A DNA stretch of 64,000 nt from Camelus dromedarius. Its lineage: Eukaryota. The stretch covers positions 97,590,001 to 97,654,000 of the forward strand of contig NC_087437.1 of the NCBI RefSeq assembly GCF_036321535.1, in the 5' to 3' direction. Below the pieces are notes generated by a model, which was not told the origin of the DNA, searched no databases, and saw nothing but the letters and a program-made list of their open reading frames with translations. Shown piece by piece: positions 53,986-64,000 of this stretch. Every line of letters begins with the position of its first letter. The stretch's first letter is position 1. The position numbers were made by a program, and so were the translations under genes.

Positions 53986-54986
53986 ATTATTTCCAGGACT
54001 GGCTGAGATAATTCTTGCTAACCCTAAATGAGTGTCTGACACTTAATAAGTCTGCAATAATTTATCCTTATTATTATTTAGTTTGGGAACTATTAAACTT
54101 CTTCACATGTCTTCTGCAATTTCACTGCTCATTCATATCACAGTTGCCCAAGAAAAATTAAGTTCAACATATGCATCCTGTTTGGTTGCAAATTCTGGAG
54201 CTCAAGTAATACACAGCACATCACATTAAACTGCTAGTTTAGTCTGAAATTTTAAAAAAGGAAATTTTTCACTCAGGAAAAAAAAATAATTGGGTTGTTC
54301 ATTCCCAGATCTACAATAGAGCTCATTAAGTGTATGTGTGTATAAAGAAACATATTTTCCTGTAATTCTTCCTATGCTTAAGTAATACATTTAAAGACTT
54401 GGTTCAACAAATCAGAATAACCTATGAATCATATATGACAAAATTTCTGTTCAGTGACTTCTGCTTTTCTTGCCTATAATGTAGCCCATCTTAAGAATCA
54501 AAAATTTATGTTAAAGTCAACATTCTATAGACCAATTTCTCTACCTTTTCTTAGCTACTCAGCCATGAATAGAAGGTGTTTATCCAAGTTACCTTGAGAA
54601 TGAGACAACTGCAATGAAAATTGTGGTTGCCAGCCATGTCCACTGTTCGTGTATCTCCATATTTTTTCTGCATTAAACTTCCCATAATACTCTCTTCTGC
54701 CATCACTGTCGCCACAAAGGAGTTTCAGAAATGAATCTCATAAAGAACAAATATATATACACGAAAGTTTAAGATGTTCAATCATCTCCCTAGTTCCCAT
54801 GCCTACTCTCAACTTACTCATGTTAAAATAAACAACTAAGTGAACATGGCACTTTTAGGAAAGCAAAGTCCAAAATTCAATTCATGCCAAATTTTTTATC
54901 CAATTTCTTGTCTCAATGGGCATCACATGTGAAAGAAAGAATTTGCTTTCATCAGTGAATGTTCACTATAGTCCTAGAGCAGGAAT

Positions 54987-55272
54987 TGTCGCTGTTCCAC
55001 CTGGACCCCTCAGCACTCACCATTCTCATGCATAAGGGTCAAACAATATCAAGGCTGAGCAGTGACTCTGACCAAAGGCTTTCTTGGGTCATCAGAGCTG
55101 TCTCATCTGTGCATAGGGTTGTCCAGAAATTCTAGGGCATTAATGCCCCCAACCCCATTCCTGGAGCAGCCCTTAACCCATGATGGCAGTTTATGAAACA
55201 CCTCACTCCCTTGCCCTGTACATGTTCTGTAGTCTCCCACAGTTCCCCAACAGGATTGAGTCCTGTTGCTCA
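54987..55272 (+). mobile_element. LTR16-like (ERVL) LTR fragment
   Basis: ggagcagcccttaacccatga...ctcccttgccc...tctcccacagttccccaacaggattgag. Confidence 0.7.
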
Positions 55273-58200
55273 TCCTATTTCCAGCTCTCCATATGGCACA
55301 GAAATGATTAGAAGTTGAATAGGTATTTTACTGCAGTGTGTATGCATATCTCTCCTGATCAAGGATATTTGTTGACAAGTATTTCTAGATAAACATGCAC
55401 ACTGTTCCTCATTCTTCACTGAGGGATAAAATGATACATCTCCACTTCCTATCCTCCTCTCTCCTTCCTCCCTCATTCAGCTGCCTATCAGAAAGAATTG
55501 CGAAGGAAGAGAAATCAGGCTTTTGTCAGCACTCTTGAGGGGACCCCTTCTCTCAGAAAGGTTAAAACACACACCTCACACACACCCTGCTTGAGCTGCT
55601 CTACAGGACCTGAGAGAAGAGAAGATTTTGAGATTCCAGAAAAGTCATTTAAGTCATCCTTTTAATGCCAGGACCTGAAGGGAGCTGGTGAGATGGTCAA
55701 GAGCCATACAGCTGATTATCCAGTCATCCAAGAAGAGCAGAGCTCTGAGTATACATAGAATCCTGCAATCAGATGCAAAGCCGCACACCACATCTTTAGT
55801 TCCCAAATTCAGCTATGAATGCTATGTGTGTAACATGGGGAAACAGTTTCAAAGCATATGAGAGGCCAAGAAGTTTCCTATCTAGTATCTATTGCTCTTG
55901 CTCACTTTCTTCTCATATCCCTAAACTCTCTGCTGAGCATGAACACACACACAAACACAATACCTCCTCAGCGCAAAAAACCACAAACTGTCTTCGAAAC
56001 CTTAATGGGCTCTTGAAGGGCCAGTATAGAGCACATTTTTATCACTAAAGAATGAAAAGGAAAAAGCTGAATCAAGGTTATAGGTTTTTTCACACCCACA
56101 AGAGTTATAATGAGCTTACTTTGAACCAGATCGTATCAGACACCAGAGCAGTCACGGCATATATAGCGTGGGAACATTTTTACGAATGTGGTCACATATT
56201 AAAATACAAAACCATTCAGTTCTTAACTCTCCTCTTCTCATAAATCCTATATTAGACATACAATACTTGCCAGTGTTCTCCAGGAATCTTAAAGACAACT
56301 CACTTTCAAGTGTGGCAGTTTACTCTGAAAGCAAGCTGTAGCTGTAGTTTCAAGTTCACCCAAGCAGTCTGAAGATGCTTCTAAATGTGGACTGCTTTCT
56401 ATCTTGATTGTAAGATATAAATTATTCCCAAGAATATTCTTGGTAATATTGAGTCTACTTTTCAATCCACTCTTATGAAAAAGGACACAGTCAATTGTTA
56501 GTAGTTAGTGATTATTTGAAGATAATGAGAATATGGCTATAACTCTGCACAATTATATTAAAGTATCTTTTACAAAAAAGAGTGAAACCATACTTAATAA
56601 ATAACCAAAAAATAAGAAATATTTTAAGGTATTTTTACATAAGGCATAATCATATATCACTATTTCAGTAGCCTCAACTAAAAGCAGCTGTGCACTTCCT
56701 AGGAAAAGAACTGAACTTTAAGTTGAATAGCTGAGGCTTACATTCCTGGTTTGTAACACAATAATTATAGAAATTTAGGAAAATTAATCCTGCCATGTCA
56801 GAATTTCCCCACTGGAAAACTGGAGCTAACTTTACTGCTCTCTCTAAACTCTATAAAATATTAGAAATGGAACATATGTGTAAGAACCTAACTTACAGTG
56901 GTAGACATCAAGGAGAATTTGCTAAACTCATGCTGATGTTAAAAGAAGAGCAAAGTAAAATATTATATTTTAATTACTGAAACTTGAGATTCATATATCT
57001 CAATGTGAAAAACCAGTAAGCTCTCTTTTAAGTATAAAATGACATTGGGCCCTTGCAGAGAATTTAGTAAATATTTGAAAGATATTTAAAATTCATCCCC
57101 AAATTTGGGCTTTAATATTTACTTGCCAATTTTATAACTTGTGTACTTTACTACTATTAAAATGCACAATAGCCCATATAACTAATCGTATGCCCACCAA
57201 TTCTATTGAGAAGCAACCAGCAAGGCCCATGGAGTAAGTACTGAAACCAAGAACAAAAACAGCTGCCCCAACCACCTAAAGGCAAAACATTTAGAACACT
57301 CTTGTGACCATGACAGTCCTGCTAGTAAGAAAGTAACTTCTAAACCAAATAAACTCATAACACATTTTAGTAACCGTGCTGCTCACATACACACACATAT
57401 CAGATTTTTTTATATGAAACAAATGTGGGAAAAATCAAGGAAGTTCTGTGGGAAATACTCATAATTTCATTTCCAGAATTTCTTCATCAATCCCTTTCCC
57501 CAAAGCCCTTCCATGAAGCAAAAGTTGCTCTCTTAATGTGAACTCATCACTTTCCCCACACATTTTCAGAATGATAAATATATTACCTGTCAGTCAGACG
57601 CTTAAAAGTTGTGCTGTTAAAGAAATCCAAAATGGTGATAATTTTGGAACAAAAGATGAAGAGATGAGTGAATCAACATGGCTTTTAAGCTAAATTGACA
57701 TCACATTCAGAGCCTGTAGAGACAGCCTGAAGTTCCTGCCTTTTAATAAGCTTATAGAGGGTGAAGAGCAGAAGAACCTCCAGTTACAACTCAGAGGGCT
57801 ACCCTCTGGGAAATCAGTGGAAAAGATACAACTCTCCCCACTTAGAGGATAAGGTTGCCCTGTTACATCGTGTACCTAAACTCCCTAATTCCACCTCTTT
57901 GAAATCCTTTGACTTGGAAAATTGGGCATGAGCCAAAAAGAAGGAGGGACAGAAGGACAAAATGGGCTGCCAGGAAAAAAAAAAAAAGACTGTCTAGAAA
58001 GCTTACATATAATGCGTACATTTGAGGACATTTCCTAAAACCCAGTCAGTTCAGTTAAATTCCATCCAAATCCCCCCATCCTTCCTATGGGGATCACATC
58101 CCCCCCAACCCCCACCCCTGCCTGCCTTGCCCATCCGCCCACCCTCAGCCTGTGTAGCCACCGCCAAGACCGGTCTCGTCTGTCCGTGACTTTGTGAAAT

Positions 58201-58292
58201 ATTGCAAAGCCAGCAGCGCTTGGGAAGCGGGAAAACCTCGCCGATTCCAAGCCTCTAGTTCTAGACCTTTCAGAACATCTCTCTGAACTCAC

Positions 58293-58560
58293 CTGGAGTC
58301 AGGTCTAGACGGCAGCCTCCACCCAGAGGGACTGGGAAGCAACCTGGGAAGCTCAGCAGCGTCTGACTGAATAATGAGGGCAGTGGAGCTGAGCAGCTAC
58401 CCCGGACCTGCTGCTCGGGCTGCTCCTGGATTTCTTCCACTCCCCACCCAGAGCCGTCCTTCCTTTTCTCTCTTCTTCCTCCCCCGTCTGCCGCTACTGC
58501 ACTCCCTCTTCCTGGCGTTGTCGCAGAGAGCGAGTCCTCCCGCCTCCCTCCTCCAGACGC
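58293..58560 (-). other. ROBO2: Non-coding exon 1 (5' UTR) of ROBO2a; 5' boundary (TSS) approximate
   Basis: Consensus donor CTCCAG|GTGAGT on the minus strand (exon ends 58293), inside the only CpG island of the window and 23.6 kb upstream of exon 2. There is no minus-strand ATG between 58293 and about 58670. ROBO2a is known to have a non-coding first exon. The TSS cannot be read from sequence. Confidence 0.8.
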
Positions 58561-58561
58561 A

Positions 58562-58582
58562 CGAGCTGTCCGTGGTGCTAAT
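58562..58582 (-). promoter_or_regulatory. RE1/NRSE element (REST/NRSF binding site)
   Basis: Minus strand ATTAGCACCACGGACAGCTCG versus canonical TTCAGCACCACGGACAGCGCC. The core AGCACCACGGACAGC is exact, with canonical half-site spacing. Confidence 0.85.
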
Positions 58583-59019
58583 GAGGCTCCCAGCTCCTCC
58601 CGGGCAGTCAGCGAGCGCAGGCAGCGCGCACAAGTCCCCGCGCCTGACACTGGAGTCCGGGGAGCAGTGCTGCAGACATGCCTTATGTGGCCACCGGAGA
58701 AATGGGCTGGAGGAGGCGACCAGCTGTACCCACTACCATCTAACATTCCCCTGCAGGTTTAAGTGATCGATAACCTCAGACTTCTTCCTAAATATCTCCA
58801 ATAATTCACAAATGCCAAAAAGTAAATGAGGGGTTTGAGGACTTGTCTGTATTAGCATTATTCTCCATACGGCGAGAGTAACTTGGCTACATTCCAGAAC
58901 TGAAAAGTCCAAGGAGTGCTATACAATTCCGTATGTTTTTTTTAAAACACATTTGGGATGTGCTTGCCTAAATCAGCAACCTACTAGTTATGACAACATA
59001 GATTCCTATGAGAAGGTAA

Positions 59020-59190
59020 CTAACACTTATTAAACATCAGGCTTCTTACTTAACAACCTTATTTTCCCCCAAGCTAACATTTATCACAATTCTGTGAAGC
59101 AGTACTCTATTTTATATCTTAAGAATTAGAGACTGAATAAGCTATCTGCTCAAGATCACAGAGATTCCAAGCCTCTGAACCTAAATAATA
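59020..59190 (-). mobile_element. MIR fragment
   Basis: aacacttatt...tcacaattctgtgaag...ctcaagatcacagagattccaagcc. Confidence 0.5.
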
Positions 59191-61469
59191 ACTGAAATGT
59201 GCATGTCTTGCAGTCCATACCCTGTGTACGATGTCCTGCAGCATCTTAGATGACACTGTGCAATTGAACCAATAAAGATAATAGAACCATCAACCAATAC
59301 ACCAGGAGCCTGATGAATTTCCAGAATCACGGTGAGACTTGGGAGTAGCCAAGCACTCCAAGTAACAACGGTTCAGATGCATGCGAACCATGACTACTTA
59401 TAAATGAATGACAAATAGTCAGAACTAAGAAAGGCAAATAATGCTGAAAATCTTCAGCATCAATTTTCAGCCACATGTCAGCTGAATTTTGCACTTGGCA
59501 AAAGAGACCAGATACTGGCTCTTCCAAGAAGCCTAATAGGCATGGACTTCTTGCAATAGAAGAAACCCTAGTAAACAACACACTTGTTTCCCATTGATAA
59601 CATGCAGTTTCTAACTAATGTTAATTTTTTTAAACTATCAGTAGTCATTCATTTCAACTAACCTTATAGGAAAAGGTCAAGCTTCCAGCATGATACTGAA
59701 TAGCACTGAAAATTAAATTTACTTAAACCTATAGAAACATAGTCAATAAAGTAAATAATTCAATTGACATCTTTACTATTATGTTACTATGTATTTCTTC
59801 CTAAGGCAAAGGATAATAATTGCTTCTGTGGTATGAAATACTATAATATAGGTTTTATTTTTTTTCCTTGTAGAGAGGGAAGTATTAAGTAAAAGAAGTA
59901 CAGTCAGATTTCCTGTAACCAGTTTCATCCTGATGATTCATTCTATGCTCTGCTACAAAGATTATTCAAGATGGTCTTTTTCTTATTTTCAAGGCAATTC
60001 AGGAATTAAAAAAGGATAAAACTGGTTCACAGCAGGTGAGCAATTTTGAAGTACCTAATCAATGCCAATCACTAACTAATTAAGAGTGAATTCTGATTAT
60101 AAACAACCATAAAAGACTCTGATCAAGGTATGACTAACTACATTCTATTTTATTCATATTACTACTGTATCTAATTGAAACACAAAGATAAAATATACAC
60201 TTACATCTTTCTCCTATTTAAAATATTTATTGATTTTGGCATAATATCATATCCATCCTTCAACACTCAGTGTACAAGTACCCATAAATCTTTCTCTGAT
60301 TTGTTTATCCAGTGTAAGTATTTTCCCCCTTTGAATGCTAGCAACACTCTGTTCCTTCTTTGCAATGCTTATCCTCAATTTTTTATAGCTCTGTCCACAC
60401 ATAAACTATTAATCAGCATTGTATAAATGACTTTTAGTAAAATTTGTTGAACAGAAAAAAGATTAAATTTTCACATACAAGCAAAAGCCCAGATATTTTT
60501 CCTTAAAATTTTATGTGCATATAGTTTATCTGTACCAGTAGACAAAAAGCTTCTTAAAGGAGAGGGATTTTGTCTGCAAATTTTGTTTTTCATACATTAT
60601 CAATCTAAAGCTCTAGACCAGAGTTGAGAGCAAAGCATTTGGTTAAACTTAATCTAATCATTCCTTAATTTATTCAAAAATATGTACCTACACTAATTTT
60701 TTTCTAAAACTTGTGCAAGATGAGGGGTATACAGTGGTGTTTAAACTTGATATGGTCTTTGCCCTCATTGAATTTACAGCATAGCACTGAAGAGTAATGA
60801 ACAAATAATAACAAATTTATACATTCTTGTTGAATAAATGAGAAGTCTATCTGAACTCCTTGGCCAAGGCCATAACATGAAAGCAAAAGAGCTTCCTGCC
60901 TGAAAACACTTAAAGCAACTCTCAAGAGGGACTCTCTGTTGAAATAGTACATCTCATTATGGAAATAATGAGAAAAATTAGTAACCAAGCAAATGACAGC
61001 ATACATGCATCTTTGTGATTTTTGACCTTTCAGCTTCCTCAAAAGCAAGACCACAAATCTTTCAACACTCTGGATAGTATTAACCTTGGCACAGAGTATA
61101 ACACTTTTTTACATATTTTTTTCACATACTTCATTCTGTTTTCCTCTAAAGGATTTTAACTTTTAGCTCAACTTAATGAATTGTCTAGTGGAAATATTTT
61201 GCACTGAACAACTGTCCATGAGCCATTCCCATGCCCTAGCTCATTTCTATGATGCCTTTTTGCCTTTAACTTATGATAAAATTCCTTTTCTACTTTTATT
61301 GGTAACCATCACACAGTAACACTTGTATCTACATTGGGTTGGATTGGAGCTTGCAAGTGTTTACTTTTATATCAGTAAAGGGAAGTTAGAGAGAAAAGAT
61401 GTTTGGAAGGCTATGCAAGGGGCTATCACAGCATCTCAGATCAGATTATTTTGTTGGTGGTGATGTTTT

Positions 61470-61791
61470 GTTCTGTTTTATTGAAGTACAATTGACATAT
61501 CACATTAGTTTCAGGTATACAACATAACAAACCAATATTATATATATATACACATTGATATATATATAGTGTATATATATATACATAAATAATCACCACC
61601 ATGAGTCTAGTTAACATCTGTCACCATAGTTACATTTTTTTTTCTTGCAGTGAAGAACTTTTAAGATTTATTCTCTTAGCAAGTTTTCAACTATGCCATA
61701 GATTATTATTAACTATAGTCATGACATTACATCTCTCTGATTTATTTTATAACTAGAAGTTTGTACCTTTTGACTCCCTTCACCCAGTTTG
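61470..61791 (-). mobile_element. L1MA-like 3' end
   Basis: ttttattgaagtacaattgaca...caggtatacaaca...ctagttaacatc...tctcttagcaa...tattaactatagtca...aagtttgtaccttttgac. Confidence 0.85.
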
Positions 61792-62699
61792 CTTTTGATC
61801 TTTCTGAAATATTATAGAGAACAGACTGACAGCCAGGTCCTAGGATGGCTGAGCCATCTCCCATCTGGCCATTTTTAATGACCAAACTGTCTCCTAAAAT
61901 GGCTTTAATTTTTAAAATATAATAATTTTATTTGTGTATAGGTGTTCATGAAGTGGAGTTAGGGAAGGGAATATAAACTAATAAGGATTTGGAGAAAAAT
62001 ATTTCACAAAAATCAAAGATTCTGAAAGAAGAAAAGACAATCTACCTGTTCTGAATGCATTTTTAAAAGCTCATAATTCCTAACTCAATACATTGTCTAC
62101 AGGCTTAAAGTACAACATAAAAATAAAGATAGTAGGTAAATCAGCAGAGGATCTCCACTTGATCTAATCCTTAAAGTTTTCCATATTTTTTTTCAATGAA
62201 AGAGATATGCATTTACATCTCAGAAAATGAAATATACTATTTTGACCAACACAGAGGAGAAACAGGAATATACTTCAGTACTACAAAAGTGACCTGTCAC
62301 TAGAACATACCATGGCTTACCATCTTTTTCATCCACTGGCTAAAATTTTCACCCCTAGAGTCATTCCTTTGAATGTGCTGGGGAATTGCTACTAAAATCA
62401 AATACATTTGGTAGAGGAGTAGATAAATTTTTAACCTACTAAATCATTCACTAAAATCTAACATGCACTTACAGATTTATCCACTTACTTTATATGACAA
62501 GTATGTCTGAGGGTCTGTTATGCACAAGAAAATGTGGAATCATCTTGTAAAACAGAGGCTACTTGAAGGAATGAGAGGTAAACTGTGATCACAAGAATGA
62601 AAAGATAGCAAAGCAGGAGGGGACTTCACGGAAAACAGGTCAGGAAGTATTAGGATTTGGGAGAGTGTGAGCAAGCCTGGTGGGGGCTGATATTTTAGA

Positions 62700-62870
62700 A
62701 AAACCTGAGTTAATTTAATGGCTGTGGTTCTCTGTTTCCTCATCTGCAAAATGAGAGAAATAATGCTAATTACTTCATAGCTCATTGTGAGGATTAATGA
62801 ATCTATGAAAACAAAACACATAGAATAGTTGTGATACATAGTATGAATTAAGTCTTTGCTATTACTATAT
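62700..62870 (+). mobile_element. MIR SINE
   Basis: tctgtttcctcatctgcaaaatgag...ttgtgaggattaatga core. Confidence 0.8.
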
Positions 62871-63424
62871 GAAGAAACTGACAACCTCCAGAAATAGTAA
62901 GATATGGCCACTTAAAGGCAAGATATCAGGAAGCAAGCCTCAAAGTTCACTTTGACAATTGGCTGAGGGCTGCCTGGAAAAGACAGTCCAATTAATGTTA
63001 CAAGTAGATACTGTTTTAGGATCATTCCCTCCCCTCTGACCTCCTCTAACACTTTGCCTGCGTGTTTTATTGCACTTTTCAGTTTCTCTGTTGAACTGCA
63101 GTTACTTGCATAAAGTCTTTTAGATTCCTATAAAAATAAAGTTTGTAATGGGATTCTTAAGGAGCTAGGTCAAAGTTATCTTTCTACCATCTACAGCAAG
63201 TAACCCAGCAGTAGTAACCCAATGTTTATTGAATGAATAAACAGGAAGATTATTTGAATTTTTTCTTTGCTGATTTTTAGTCTGAATTATACCATTAATG
63301 GTGAGAACAAATGCTAAGTGGTGAGGATATATGGATTAATATTTAAATCTATAACTTAGTTTTATTTGGGAAACTGACATACTTCCACTTCTAATACAAT
63401 CATGACCTTCTATATATGGAGATT

Positions 63425-63569
63425 TGCTCCTGCACAAAAGTCATCTGTCTGTGGACCAACAGCATCAGCATCCCCTGGAACTTCTCAGAAACCACGCCTA
63501 CTGAATCAGAATTTGTATTTTGACAAGACCCAAATGATTCATATATACATTTAACCTTGAGAAGCACTG
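63425..63569. mobile_element. MER5-family DNA transposon
   Basis: ggaccaacagcatcagcatcccctgg...cctactgaatcagaat...tgattcatat...ttgagaagcactg. Confidence 0.8.
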
Positions 63570-64000
63570 TTCTACAATTCCCTTTATTTCCAAATTGCAT
63601 TGTCAAGGAAAGAATATACCATAAGCGTGGTAATAACAATGGTAATATTAATAAAAATACAACTAATGTTTAATAATCTTATGACTCCTATAATCCCCTT
63701 CTTTCAGACACCAAGTCTTTTATATAATACTTGTTATAATTCTACGGAGTTGCCATTCATAGCATCCACTAAACTAAGACTCAGAAATTTTAAGTAACTT
63801 CCCCACAGAGCTAGTAACTCACAGACAAGATTATTAAACCTTGGCTTGGGCTACCAGAGTCCAAGCTCTGTTTAACTCATGGTTAACACATGAACTTCCA
63901 CCTTTTACTTCCTGACTGCGGTTTCCTTTCAATTTCATTAACTTTATTTATACATGATTGATTTTTTTAAGCCTCTCCAACAATTTTTGGAAGACAGTGT

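Larger units (their letters stand above)
34687..58292 (-). other. ROBO2: ROBO2a intron 1 (23,606 bp, GT-AG)
   Basis: Bounded by GTGAGT at 58292 and a pyrimidine tract plus CAG at 34687. Assumes no intervening exon. Confidence 0.75.
58130..58730. promoter_or_regulatory. CpG island / promoter of ROBO2a
   Basis: Abrupt rise in GC and CpG content (e.g. gcgagcgcaggcagcgcgcacaagtccccgcgcc) against a CpG-depleted AT-rich background; overlaps the exon 1 donor. Confidence 0.85.

Noticed and set aside
58374..58766. 130-aa plus-strand ORF in the CpG island
   Set aside because: Low-complexity Pro/Ser/Leu-rich translation with no recognisable family; long open frames are expected in GC-rich DNA.

Overview
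AT-rich mammalian genomic DNA, not prokaryotic. It is probably camelid: it carries one tRNA-Ala-derived SINE resembling the camelid vic-1 type, and I saw no Alu, B1/B2, Bov-tA, PRE1 or Can-SINE copies. The window holds the 5' end of the long isoform of the axon-guidance receptor gene ROBO2 (ROBO2a) on the minus strand. A CpG-island promoter and non-coding exon 1 (splice donor at 58293/58292) are followed by a 23.6-kb intron 1. Next comes a 119-bp exon 2 (34686..34568) encoding MARRQGRVTRRMWTWDLRLLVILILWSQQGNGQGQ, a signal-peptide N-terminus missed by the ORF track. Intron 2 then runs off the left edge. The rest is intronic or upstream DNA full of old transposable elements (L2, MIR, L1, MER5, MER58, MLT1, LTR16, ERV1-type solo LTRs). 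Almost all ORF-track entries are spurious; the exceptions are L1 ORF2 remnants. The most notable observations are a near-consensus REST/NRSF RE1 site in the ROBO2a promoter region, an out-of-frame uORF whose AUG lies 5 nt before the ROBO2a start and whose frame stays open back through exon 1, a long imperfect hairpin 1.3 kb into intron 2, a MER41-like LTR retaining a STAT GAS motif, and a SINE-head/L1-tail composite under one target-site duplication. I found no evidence of a wholly new multi-gene system. Repeat family names come from recalled consensus sequences, and repeat boundaries are approximate unless TSDs or termini are cited.
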